Origin: Epiperipatus broadwayi
Lineage: Eukaryota; Animalia; Onychophora
Reading direction: 5' to 3'
Length of the DNA stretch: 64,000 bases
NCBI GenBank assembly: GCA_028023455.1
Contig: JAQFVV010000001.1
Span: forward strand, 10,540,001 to 10,604,000
In this document: one piece after another, positions 13,560 through 26,719 of the stretch
Numbering within the stretch: the stretch's first letter is position 1
How the letters are laid out: each line of letters begins with the position of its first letter
Translations under genes and position numbers: made by a program
The notes under the pieces: model-generated
Database searches by the model: none
Told to the model about the DNA's origin: nothing
The model's input: only the letters and a program-made list of their open reading frames with translations

Positions 13560-13945
13560 AAGATAAGTTATTAGCAGTAGCAAACTTTCTATACATTAGT
13601 GCCAGTGCAAGCCTTAGTAATCAATGGATACCGAAAGGTTTGTGCATAAAATCCCCATCTAGTGTGCCTACTCAGCCATTTGAAGTCATAGCTTTATAGT
13701 TAACTGATTAGGTAAAAAATGGTTGCTGGAGAATTGCCTTAGATTCTTAGATCTAGGTGAATGCTCTCAGATCCAAAACTCCTCACTGATGAAAGACACA
13801 TGCTAGAAACTAGACTGGGAATATTGGATGAATAGGCATTAGATGGAGATTTTATGCACAGACCTTCCTGCATCCATTGCTAAGGCTTGTAATGATTGGC
13901 ACTCCTGTATGGAGAGTTTGCTATTGCTAATAACAGCTTATGTAT
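13560..13945. repeat. Insertion with ~115-bp inverted arms around a ~145-bp core containing a hammerhead-like motif
   Basis: 13565-13680 is the diverged reverse complement of 13826-13940; absent from the paralogous position (about 10325) of the tandem duplication; arm sequence recurs at 19067-19196 and 26990-27095. Confidence 0.8.
13781..13820 (+). ncRNA. Minimal hammerhead-ribozyme-like motif, probably inactivated
   Basis: CTCA-CTGATGA(13786-13792)-aagacacatgcta-GAAA(13806-13809)-CTAG-AC-TGGG; position U16.1 is A. Confidence 0.4.
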
Positions 13946-16900
13946 GCATAGGAAATGTTGATCATATGATGTTTTGGTGGTAAGAAACAATGTTCAATAA
14001 ACTATTTTTACAATTGTATTATCATGTGTTGCAAAAATTCACCAAATAAAAATAAGTTATATATTAATATAATTTTATTAAAATCAATATATTTTATCAA
14101 ATAACTTTAGATATTTCACTCATCACTTTGTAAAGCTTTATATTTAAAATTTACAACCATATGAAAAAGCTTTCATTACTAATATTTTTTTTATATTTAC
14201 CAAAGAAATTACTTCAATAGATTATATATATATATACACACACACACAGTGAGACAAATAGGCATACTTTTAATAAAATTAAATAATAATGAGAATAATG
14301 ACTTCCAATAAATACTATTAATGGTCTGCCACAAACTTTTTTGGGTACAAAATATATAGATATATATTGGAGAGTGCATGGATATTCAAACCTAAATATT
14401 TTTTTAAAAAATTAATGAATTACCTGATAACACCCTTCTTCTACATGCAAAGAATGCCAATTAAATACAGTATTTATTAATGATATTAAAATTTTACAGT
14501 ATACTTATATCTATGTTTATAGACAAACATAAAAAGAAATTTATAATCCAATATCCTTTCAATCTTCTGCTGAAATCTCATGATATTATGTTGTGTGTAT
14601 TTTCTATGGCTATAGTTTATATTTGTTTCCGATCTGAATGTCCCATTTTGAAATTATAAACATTGACAATTGCTTTTAAATTTAATAGCATATCTCATAC
14701 TTGCATTTAGAACATTTTATTGTGAATTTTAAATGTAGTTACTTATTTCTTTTAGTGATTTTATTAATTTAGATTTCATTACTTAAGTCAATATTTTTAT
14801 CACCATGAGACGAATTGAATTTTGATATTACTATATATAGATTGTCCACAGAAAAAGACTGACTAGCTTCACAATCAGAAGTTTTACTATTCAACTCATC
14901 TTGTTCATCATGGTTTACAGTAAATTATAAGTTTATTTACTAAAATTACACTCTTAATTTTTTAATATTTATGAAATAAAATTCAGAGTTCTGTTTCTGT
15001 TCTTTCTAAGAAAAAAAAAAACAATGATGTTTCATAATATCTCTCATTTTCTTGGTACATTGCTATAGTACTTAACCTCCCTCAGAGTCAAATTCATTTG
15101 TATGTTCATTCATTTAATTTCCTTTCTAATAAATAAGTGTTTGCTATTGCTAAAACATCTTTACAAAATATATAACTTTATATGTTGAAATGCAAAATGT
15201 ATTCAAGTTACATAAAAAAAAATTGACATTTGTTCTTACTCACTTGTTTTATATAGACTAACTAATATTTTGAATATCACTTAAGATAGCTTAAGTATTT
15301 TAATCATAATATTATATTTTTTTATTAATCATTCAATACTGTTTAATTATGTTACAAGTAATTCCATACATATACTGTACATCCAACAATTTTGTAACTG
15401 TATACAGTAATTAAAATGTTTAAGATTTATATCTTATATTTATATGTTATCTCTTTTGTTATGTCATTATAAAAATAACATGATCAATATTAAATTTAAA
15501 AAAAAATCATGAGATTTGAACTCAAACTCCACTATTAAATATATGTTTATAACCATTATAGCATATTAAAATAATACGGGGTGAAGCCTGTCACAGTTTC
15601 CCAATCAGCTAACACAAACTTCATAACAATTTCCTTGGGCTTTATGTTTGTCAATGCTGCTTCTGCTGCTTCAAACTATATATTTCTCATTCCAGTAAAA
15701 CCAAAAGGATTTTATAAATGTTGTGGACATTTTTGTTTTATGCCTGGTCACATCAATTATGCTATGGAATATCAACTGATATCTAGGATATTGTGTACCT
15801 ATTTTAATCTGATTACTTTTTTTAAAGAAACTAAATTTTACAAATGTTGATTAAAACATTTTAATTTTTTTGGTGCCCCTATTATCTATCCAAATTTATA
15901 ATTAGTATAAATATATTTTAAATATTTATTTAAGTTTTGAAAAACATTTTCTTTTAACTTCTGGAATTATTTTAATTTCATTCTAGAAGTATTTTATTTA
16001 ATCTTTTTGTTTTATAAATTTTTTTCTAGAATTCTAATATCCCACACATGCTATCTCTCATCTATTGTAATCTATATACATATTTAAACAGCTAATAAAC
16101 TTCGAGAAGAAGGTTTCTTTTCTTTTTCTTATTTTGCTTTATTCTATTTATTTTATTTCCATTTTTAAATATTTTGTTATCAATATTTGTATGAATAGTA
16201 ATATTATAGACTGCTTCTAAGAGCTGATTACATGCAATGACAAATTCAATACAACATTTCACAAGGTAAAAATAAATAAAATATGACCATAAATTATATT
16301 GAAAAAAAAAAACCAGAATGTTATTGTATTGGAACATGAGACCCCCTTAAAATGAATGGCATTTAACATAATAATGAAAAATAGATAAAAATATTTATTC
16401 CATAGCATAAATAATGTAGTTATTTACAATCAATTCGATATCTAGTTATTAATGTCACAACATAAGAAAAAATACAGCAATTGTGAAAACTTTAAAGAAA
16501 TCACTATATAAACTTTGAATACATGTAATATGAATAAATAAAAACTTGATGGGGTAAAGATATAAAAAAATCCCTCACACATTCTCATCATATGAATTAA
16601 TGAAGTGAAGTAAACAAGAATAATATGTTATGTTATGTTTTGATTAGATCAAAAAAAATTATGCTGCTTCCACTGTCAGAAATAGTACTTAGGATTATCA
16701 TTAAATATAATTATTCAAATGACTTGTTGGAATTAAGGTGATTTTGTGGGTGTTCATTCACAATTTCTAAATTACACATCTAGGCATCAACAAATTACGC
16801 AATTTAAAATAATAATGGAAAAGTTGTATAATTAGAGTGAGTAAAAATTAACAAAACAGGGAAGATATACTTTATCAATGACTAAAATGCCACAATTGCA

Positions 16901-18023
16901 AATAGAAAGAAATGCAATTGAACAATGTGAACTCTGGTCAAAGAAATGATGCCAGAGAATAATTATGATGATATTTTGGTTTATGCAAGAGCTCTTATAT
17001 TGCCAGTATACTGTAAAAATAATATATCAGTTATAAATGCATTGAATATGCTCATGAATATCGAATGATGGAATTGGAGACAGATTACATTATTGACACC
17101 AAGTTATGAAAAATCTCATTTCAGTAGGAAAAACATAAGAAGGACTATATTAAGAACAGATCATAAATAATTACCATTTTATTCAATCTTTTAAACAAAT
17201 TAAAAAGTACAACTATTTCCTTCAAGAATAACATCAGTAGTCTATTTGAAGTTTTTATACATCTGACGGTAAACCAATAAATTGTGGATGAAAGTGGAAA
17301 AAAAATTGTGAATCTAAGAAATGTTTGATTAAGATGAAACAAGAAGAAAAATCAATATACATGTCAAATATTAAATTGGTAACAATAAAAAAAGAGGCAA
17401 AATTTATACTAAAGTTCATTAGAACAAACTATTATGAACTTTCAAAAATAAGCCAAAAAAAAAAAAAAAAGACTAAAATTATAATATTGATAAAAAATAA
17501 AAATGAAAATAAATTTGAAATAAAATAAAGTCTTTTAAATGAGTAAAAAATAAACTTCTAACTTTGGGATATTTTACTGAAAAAAAAAGTCAAATGGTAG
17601 ATTATGAATGAAGTTACAAATATTAAACAGTCTGAAGAGTTATATTACAAAAGTATTAATAAAATTACCTTTGATGATATTACTAGATTTTTTTTAAAAA
17701 ACTCAGTAATGGAAAATAATTTGCATTAGCTTTGAGAACATTTTTCAAAGATAATGGCAATGTAACACAGATTATACACAAAATTGAAAAAGAATCAATA
17801 AGAGTGCTAACAAAATTATGGTAATTCATCTTGAAATCCACTTTATAAGTTTTATATTCATATACAAAAAAGAAATCTTGACAAAATGTGAAAATTATTG
17901 TAAAATATCCCTTCCACCATAAACAAGTGACATAGTAATTGCACATTTATATAACATGTTTTTCTAGTAATTTTAAAAAGTTTTTCAGACCAAAAGTAAT
18001 AAAGGAATTTTGCTTTCATACAG

Positions 18024-18064
18024 CTATCCTACATCCATTCCAGCTAGTCATTTTCTTTTGATCA
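18024..18064 (+). CDS. Candidate internal exon (N)YPTSIPASHFLLI
   Basis: Acceptor ttttgctttcatacag, donor A|GTAAAT; 41 nt, phase 2 to phase 1, joins 9431 and 18452 in frame. Confidence 0.3.
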
Positions 18065-18451
18065 GTAAATGAATGTCTAGCTACTATTCACTGTAATTAT
18101 CAAATTAATCTCTTATATGAGTATCAATGAGCTAATTAAAAATAAGATTATAACAGGATGTCTGGCAGAAAAGGTATCATACAAGTAAGATTATGCCAAA
18201 AATAATTTAATATATTTTAAAGACATATATATAAGAACTATCCAGCAGTACAATCTGTTTCATTAAATGTCAAAAACTAAAAAAAAAAAACATGACTGCC
18301 AACTTTTGAACTGATAAGAGAAAATCAAAAAGACTATTTTTTTATTAAAACCCTTTGGATGACTTACTACTAATTGGTATTCTATAATATCTAATTCAGA
18401 AAGGCTAGAAAATATAGTCTAAAAATAACCTGTCTCACACAGTCTGTCTAG

Positions 18452-18541
18452 GTTGTCTTACCTGGTGGATTATTCATTACATGGATAGAAATAATAATAT
18501 CAATAGTAATGATAAAACAAGAAGCAGAAGAAGTAATAAAG
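18452..18541 (+). CDS. Candidate internal exon (S)CLTWWIIHYMDRNNNINSNDKTRSRRSNK
   Basis: Acceptor tctgtctag, consensus donor AAG|GTAAGT; 90 nt, open in phase 1 (also in phase 0). A minus-strand CAG|GTAAGA also lies within it, so strand is not certain. Confidence 0.4.
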
Positions 18542-19066
18542 GTAAGTATTAAAAATCTATTTTTTTCTAAATATAGGTAGATGGAAAGTGTAAAACTCTT
18601 CCATATTAAAACAGAAGATGGCACTTATGACTAAAGAGCTATCAAAATTTAAAATCAATATAGCTGCTTTTAGTCACAACTCATCTTCTACAGCAGGGAT
18701 GGCAAATTCTCCCTCCCTTCCCCCATTAAAGATTTGTAGAAAAGAGATATCTCCCTGCCCCACTCGAATTAAAGAACCACAAGAAAAGACATGAAAAATA
18801 TATACCTGAAAAATATGAATTTCTCAATGACTGTGGATATATTTTAACATTTATTTTAATAATAGAATTTAATAGAATCTGTATACATCTTAAGTAAAAT
18901 AAAAATTCCTTTAAAAATAAATAAATCAAAACAAAAAATTACTTTGAGATTTAATTAATTCACAAATTTCTAATATTTAAATATTTATCATATACAATAA
19001 TTACTATTCTATAATAAGGAATGAATTCACATGATCACCATCTCTTTTACTAGCACATAATTGTTA

Positions 19067-19196
19067 TTAAACAAGGCAAAACTCTCCATACAGTAGTGCC
19101 ACCCTGTGCCAACCAGAGTAATCAATGGATGGCATCCATTGATTACTCTGGTTGGCACAGGGTGGCACTACTGTATGAGAGTTTTGCCTTGTTTAA
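19067..19196. repeat. 130-bp near-perfect hairpin (65/64-bp arms, 1-nt centre)
   Basis: 19067-19131 is the reverse complement of 19133-19196 apart from one indel; taaggaatgaattca at 19015-19029 and 19194-19208. Confidence 0.95.
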
Positions 19197-19479
19197 GGAA
19201 TGAATTCAAGAACATAATGAACATTTTTCCTCTTCTAGAGTCATCAAAATATATATTTACAAATTATAAGATGAAATAAAAATGAATTTGTGTTTGTCAT
19301 GATAAAAATAGACACAAGAAGGTAATAAAAAAGTTACATTTGAGTATGATTTGCCAACCACTGATCTAGAGGAAGAAAGTTTAATAAAACAGGTGGATAG
19401 TTAGAAAATGGCAGTTAGTTCAATCAATGAAAACAAAATACAAAATATTGAATTTTCTGCAAAGTGAAATTTAGTATCT

Positions 19480-22100
19480 TAATATTCTTGGAATTCTTTT
19501 TGTATCAATGAAAGGCTAATGGTGTTAAAACTTGCCAAAGATTATTGGAACTAATGTTATTCGTTGTAGATTCAAGTAGTCTGTTGTTATTAAATTTTTG
19601 TGCAACCCATGGATTCACTATTACAAATATTTTATTTAGGCAAAAAAAAAACTTAAAATTCTATGTGCAAAACAATAGTACTTAATAAATTATATTATAG
19701 TTAGAAATCAAAATTCAAGTGAAGTTAATACAATGTAAGCCCTTGTAAGCACAGTTTGTTTGAAGGAACACACATTGTCATACTCCAAGAATAAATGATA
19801 GTTGCATTAGAAATTAGATCTTATCTCAATCATATTCATATGAAAATTAGTGTTCATTGTTTAGAAGTGCTTGATATGCATACCTAATTTCAACAGTATT
19901 TAAACAGAACAAATACTGGTTTTGGCATTCAAAATTGTTATATAACTGAAACATAGAATTTTCTTAAGAACTATATTATGAATATAAGTAAATATACTCT
20001 TGAATAATCTTAGATACATTAAAAATAAGAATCATGATTAATTTTCTAACAATGATCTTATGGATGTAAGTAAATATATTCTTGAATACATTAATAATAA
20101 GAAATCCCACTTAATTTTTGAATTATGATCTTATTATTAATAATTTTATTAAAAGTAAACACGTAGTATTTTCTGCTTTATAGAATAATAAATTACACAT
20201 GGAACTTCATAATAAACATTGTAATCTGAAAGAAAAAGTTCAATGATTGATAAGAAAGCTCAAAAATGATTGATGGATGAAAACTGCAAAGAAGATACAG
20301 ACATTATCTAACCATGGATATGCTAGACCTTAGTCTTTTTTTATTTTGATGCACTGAAAGAAATATATGAATCTGAAAAAAAGGTATCACAATCCTACTA
20401 AATCCAGAAAATGGTATTTTCTTATATAATGACAATGATATTTTGAATAGGTAGAAGGAGTATTTTAGTCTTCTTTTAAATAATGACATGAGAACTGAAA
20501 TGTCTACTTTTAATGATATATTCATTTTATTTACTTATTTAGATTTGAAGAAAGATATCTAGTTTAATAAAATCAAAGCAGTTCTTTGTGATTGTAAAAT
20601 TAGAAATGCTTCAAATCCTGATGAAATACCTGGAATTGTTTAGGAATATATGGACTCATAAAGTTATGCTGCATCATCCTAAGGATGTTTCCATTATTTC
20701 ATTCCAATTTTTAAAAATAAAGGAAATAGAAAACATTCCAGTAATTATAGTATAATATCATTATTATCCATTATAACAAAGATATTTTTAAGAATTTGCT
20801 TATTATGTTGCTTCAAGCCACAGACAAATAGCTAGCAAAAACTCAGTGATTTTTAGAGATTCAAAAAGGACTACAGACATAGTTTTTATTGTTAGGTAAA
20901 TGCAAGAAAAGTATTGGAACTAGAGTGATTTATATATTTTTCTTATTGATTTCATTATGCTATTGACTTAATTAATCAAATACATCTATGGGATTGCTTG
21001 AAATTAGCTGTTCATCTGTCAAAATTTATTTATATTATACAGCATCTACATGATGGATGAGAGAAAGTATTATTATTAATGACAGAAAATCTGAGGTATT
21101 TGAAATTAAATTTGGTGTTAAACAATAATGTATACTTGTTTCAACATTGTTTTTAATTTTTATGATAGTGGGTCTTTGGAATTGTTTATAAATAGTTTAA
21201 TCAAACACGGATCAATATACAATATAATTTTGATGTAATTTGAATCAATTGAAAGTGAAAGTATGAATTTCTAGGATCTTCTTGGATTCTGGATTTACAG
21301 TTTGTCAATTCAAAATATCATTCACATAATATATTCAATGTATTGAATCTAACTTATAAAAATTTCAGGTTTAATAATTAATATTTAAAAAACATTAATT
21401 AACAGCTAGTGGTAGTATAAAATTTCTCAGCAACTTTTAGCTTGGATTCTTATTTATTTGAGAAGGTAAACCAATTTAAAAACCTTGATAATTTTATGAG
21501 TAGAGGGATGGACTTAATGGTTGAATATAACACAAACTAATGTGCTACTGTAGCTTTCAGCAAGTTAAAAAGATAGCGTAGCTCATCACAGAGAAATAAT
21601 ACTATAACTAAACTATATATAAAGCTATTAATTTATCTAATCTATTAAATAAAAATAAAGCTTGGACCCTATATCAATGCAATATAAAGGCATTAGAAAG
21701 TTTCATTTAAAGATGATCTATAAAATTTTAAATATAAGGCCAAAATCATAAAACAATCAATATGTTCTTCTTTTCTGGATGCAATACTATATAATCTATT
21801 AGTGTAAAAATCACACCTTCATTGGATTGCACATATAAAATGAATGAAAAATGCAAGATTTCCTAGAAGGTTTTATCGCAAACCTGAGCACAGTTTTCAT
21901 AAAATTTAGAGGTAGATCCCATTTATATTACAAGGATTATATCAAACTCATTCCAAAAAAGTGAAATATAGATTACTTCCAGTAGAAAGATATGACAGAG
22001 AATAAAATATATTGGAGATCAAAGACATAAAGTGTTGGATGTATTTAAGAAAAAAAAGTTTTTTGCTAAAGAAATTAAAAGACTGTATTGAAAAATATCA
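19480..22100 (+). mobile_element. Decayed RTE-clade LINE (endonuclease + RT)
   Basis: LLLNFCATHGFTITN (about 19590), KGNRKHSSNYSIISLLSII (about 20720), FLIDF (about 20940), FGVKQ (about 21110) in the expected order; many stops. Confidence 0.85.
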
Positions 22101-22399
22101 AATAAACTGAAATCAACATACTTTATATGTGGATATATTTGTGGTTCACAGATTGATATGTAGAGACAACACAAAAATCATTTCTAGAGAAATTATTTTT
22201 TCTCTTTTTATATTTTTTTTCTCTGAAATTAAAATAGCATTTTCATTTACATATGACTGCTGTATATATGAATGTATAGTATCTATTTTTAATGAGAAAT
22301 TTCTATATGGAAAATAAAATACTACAGTTAAATCAAATCAACCTGTAAAAAGTAAATGGTTTCATAATAATAATGAAACAAAACTGTGTGCTTACAATA

Positions 22400-23250
22400 T
22401 ATTTCTCCAATTATTAAATAAGAAGAGCATTGATAATAGCAGATTGGATGATGATAAATCTGGACATTAAATTGATGGAATAAATCTATTTAATCTTTCT
22501 ATTTAGTGATGGTATTCAAAACATAGCAAAAAAATACAAGACATCTAAAGACACTTATTGTTAGACAAGTTAAAGAATCAAATGAAAGAACAGAATTACT
22601 TTTAAATGTAAGTAAATATTAACTTTATTATGACATGAATCTTATCTCTCTCTGAAAGTGGTGAAAAAGCAATAAAGGTATAAAGTTTTTGCATCCTTAA
22701 AAATTTTTTATTAACAACAAAAAATCCAGTGGTCAAGTCATTGCACAATGATTGAAAAGTGCTACAAATAAATATTATTAAAGAAGATATTTAGATGTAT
22801 GGATGTCTCAATGTGAAAATTACAATCATTCAAGCTTTTGTATTTCCTCTTACTCTTTAATAATATAATAGTAAAACAATATATATAATAAAGAAAATAT
22901 AATGCTGGTATGAAATTTAAAAATATCTGGACAGCAAGAAAAATGAAAAGTGGATTGAGTAATTTGATCCAATTTTTTTTTGTTTAAAGGATAAATGAGC
23001 ATATTATTTTATTTTGATTATATTATGAGAGAATCTAATTTATTAAAAAAAAGTGCATAATGCTTTGAAAGATTAAGAATGAATAAAATAGATGATTACA
23101 AATTTGCTTATTTATTTAATATATGGATTTTTTTTTGATAACTAACTATTAATAAAATACCTGAGATTCCAATAGTGAAATAGATTAGCAAGAGAGAGAT
23201 GGATTCAATCATCACAATAATGAATATTCCTTTAAGGAGCCTGGAAAACC
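22400..23250 (+). mobile_element. Decayed RTE-clade LINE, 3' part
   Basis: IIQAFVFPL and WYEI*KYLDS segments resemble RTE ORF C-terminal IKALVFP..TYG and FEMWCWRRML.I.W motifs. Confidence 0.6.
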
Positions 23251-23399
23251 AAGCTATTAGTAAAATGTCATTACACAATCATTAGGAGATGACTTAAAGG
23301 CATTTAATAAAAATATATTTCATTCAAATTAAAAAATATTCCTATATAAGTTACAATTATCATTATTTTTACAGATGATATTTTTAATAAATATTTATC

Positions 23400-25300
23400 A
23401 ATGTTTGAAGCAAACCAAACTTACATATCTATGACCTCAATAAATAAATTGAAGTACTTAAAAAAAAGTTTATTTTTTATCCCAGTGATATATAGTAACA
23501 CCATAGTGTCAATAAAAAGAAATTCTTTTAAAAGAAATACTATAGAAGTTTTAACTAGAAATATTTTGCAATATTATTAAATAATAATCTTAAGATTGTT
23601 TTATAATATTATTAATTAACATTCTTAAAAGAAATAAAAGTGCAATTTCCAATGGCAGTTCTGGACTGCAGAAGAGCATTGAGAAGTTAATCTATCTTAA
23701 AAGTAAAAATATTTATAAATAAATTTAAAATGCTTTCATTTGATTTGTAGTTAGCAACAATGAAGACAAAAAAATTAAATAAATAAAGATTACCTGAAAT
23801 ATGTATATATATCAAGTTATAGATTTTAAAGCATTTGTTCAGTTATTACACTATTTTAATAAAATTACAATTCCAATGGTTATAAATAGGTTAATGTCCT
23901 TCAAATTACATGTGAATAAATTTTTGAAGTGATGCCAATTATACAAAATGTAAAAATGTATTTGCACATGATGATTAGAACTGACATCTCTTCAAAAATT
24001 TATTTAATTCCAATTGCCATAAAAGTAAATAATATATTTTTATTAATTTTTGGAATGTAACTCCATTCTTCAGAATCAGAACTTTTATTGATTGAAATCT
24101 GGTGATTAATTTTAAAAATCACACACCTATTCTCTTTATACAATAAATTTTTGCTAGCATATCAAAAGCATTTGCTATTATCTTAGAACCAAAAAAAGAA
24201 CTATAATTAAAAATGGTTGACAAAAGATAAAACCAACAGCTTCAAGTTTAGATTAAAGCTTGAATCAGAAAAATATAGATAACATAACATTTGATATGTT
24301 TCTATATAGTGCTCACATTAAAAATAAACAGTTTGATAGTTTCAATGTTATCATCTGAAATACTTGTAGTCAAATACTCCATTAATGAAGCCTCAATCTC
24401 GACTTTATTAAATTTGTGCACATAGGTATATCGTAAATCTATCTTAGTCACAGGTTATTTCCATGACTAAATTGAGAATTCCCATATACAAATGATTCAG
24501 TCCAGTTAATGAAGACAGTGAACTTGAGTGCCATTGATGACAACTATTCATGTAATACTAAATAGTTCAAGCAAAATATGGTATGAAATATGGCTGCTAA
24601 AACCTTAGAATTACTTCAATTCTCTCTATATATATTTTAGCAATAAACATTAGATATCAAAAAAATTCCATTGTAAATATTTGCATCTAATACTAATGTG
24701 GCTTTCAGGATCAGCATAGCTATAAATCCAAACAAAAGCTAATGTTCTATCAGATAATAGAAAAATTTAATAAAAATGAAAATCAAGAAGGATTAAGAGA
24801 ATGAACAATGTTTTAACAAAACACTACTAATTTAAACCAAATATCTTATAAAAATATATTTATGATTTATGTACTTAATTCATTGTCTGATAATGAAGAT
24901 GAGGTTCCAAATTTAATTTCTGATTTATGAAATGTTATCTCTGCAGGATTTGACTTAGTTACAGCCTTTATTTGTTCTAATATTCACATATTTAATTAAT
25001 TTTTGTTCCAATGTTTAAAAAAAAGATAAATGATTGATTGACAATTATAAATATTATTTGTTTTTTCCACACTGCTTGAATTGCCTTTTAAATCCAGGTT
25101 ATTACATCACTTATCAATTAATAATAATTCCTGACAAACAATTTGGTGTCTTATTGGGTAGAAATACTACATATGCAATAATAAATATGTTTGGAATGCT
25201 ATTTTTGAAAACCTTTCAATACATTATTGATACATATTTTGATCTTATTACAAACATTTCATTATATTCAACATATTCTTTACATTTATCATTCTTTACT
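23400..25300 (-). mobile_element. Decayed LINE RT region (CR1/L2-like)
   Basis: Minus-strand SKIIANAFDML (about 24170-24200) resembles DLSKAFD; otherwise highly eroded. Confidence 0.45.
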
Positions 25301-25549
25301 GCATTAGATTATTACACAAGGTAAAAAGTGGTAATATTATTAGTAATGTTTTGCTAATTAATAGTGAATTTCTGGAGAAGTTAATTTTAGATCTATTATA
25401 ACTTGTAATATATTTTAAATACGTTTAAATTAATTTTGTATTGTGGTATTTACATGCACATTTTCACATATACGTTTTAATGACCTTGCAATTGTAGCAT
25501 ATGAGATATCTAGAGATCATCTAGAAAATGTATCATTTGTCTATTATGG

Positions 25550-25860
25550 GAGTTAGTTTTTAAGATCAAATAATTTAAACATGAGTGTAAATAAATCAAA
25601 AGCAATTATGATTGGTTTTGTGCAGAGATACTGGAAGCCACTTATAATCAAATTATGCCAATAATATGATAATAGTTATACTTGCAACAATATTAAATTT
25701 GTTAAGAAATATCTTTATCTTGGTGTGTCAATGAACCCATGTTTGTTATGGAGAAGTCATATCAATGTCCTTTGCATTCAATTATTGTTATATATTGAAA
25801 TGTTGTGTGTGACTGGCTGAGAGGTTACTCTATCAGTCTAATAATAAAAATGAATAATAT
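25550..25860 (+). mobile_element. LINE RT C-terminal fragment
   Basis: SVNKSKAIMIG...FVKKYLYLGVSMNPCLLWRSHIN matches the post-YADD K(T/S)K...YLGV.....L.W..HI pattern. Confidence 0.55.
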
Positions 25861-26278
25861 GGATGTTCTTACAATCTTTTAAATTTCTGAGACTCCCTTT
25901 GGATTTTCAGTGGGGCACTGCACTTGGATTTTCATTTTTCTATTAGAAGTAACTTGTTGTCTTCTTCCTTGCTCTTGTACTCTCATTGGGCTACTTTAAC
26001 TCTTCTGCTATATGTAATATGTTGCCTTCTTCTTGGCATTGAACTTAAGTCCAACTCACTGATTTAGCTTTTTGGGGGTATTTATAGTATGAGCTGCTAT
26101 TGTTCTCTAAAATATATACTTAATTAATAAATTTTCTAAATTCCAAAGATTATCTTTAATTAGAAAAAATCTAATTATGAATATAATTAGTTTTTTCTTC
26201 ATCAGAAAAAGTTTGTAACTTTAATTCCCTAGGAATTTTCTAATTTGACAGATCACATTTATTTTAACATTTTAGACT

Positions 26279-26384
26279 TTTTTTTTTTTTTTTCGTGTGT
26301 CAAAGCATTGGCCAGGAAGCGAACCCGCAAACCCAGAACAACTGCTTGTAAGTATTTAGCTGTGCTGACCACCAATGCTTGACC
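26279..26384 (-). mobile_element. Short tRNA-derived SINE with poly(A) tail and 14-bp TSD
   Basis: B-box-like GGGTTCGCTTCC, poly(T) on plus strand 26278-26293, flanks taacattttagact (26265-26278) and taacattttaaact (26385-26398); homologous to 35860-35969. Confidence 0.85.
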
Positions 26385-26719
26385 TAACATTTTAAACTTA
26401 TACATTTTTTAACCAATATATATATATAGAGAGAGAGCACTCCTCCCCTTTACTTTAGAGAACTACGGTTTTTTTTTTTCTTTCAAATCATGTAGTTTTT
26501 TAAGATAGCTAGATGGCTTCCACAATCTTTGAGGTTTATTCTTTTCTGTTTTAAAATTACTTTCCTCATGTATTATTTCCCATTTGTGTATCCTATATCT
26601 AATTCTTCTCTTTTTTCTTCAGTCATTTGATCAGTTTTCTTTCCTACCCTAAAAGACTTAATCCTATATAGGAGAATAATCTTATTAGTTAATCACTGCC
26701 TTGTATGCTTGGTGTAGTT

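Larger units (their letters stand above)
9890..14660 (+). repeat. Old tandem duplication: copy 1 about 9890-12500, copy 2 about 13120-14660, each interrupted by a different insertion
   Basis: Collinear similarity: 9920-10560 with 13140-14180; 10810-11000 with 14220-14400; 12260-12500 with 14420-14660; roughly 80% identity by eye. Confidence 0.85.

Noticed and set aside
16620-18000. Gypsy RT/RNase H from YDDILVY (about 16965) and LRTDHK (about 17150)
   Set aside because: Motifs are only about 60 codons apart instead of about 200 and the intervening sequence does not fit; left as unassigned decayed sequence.
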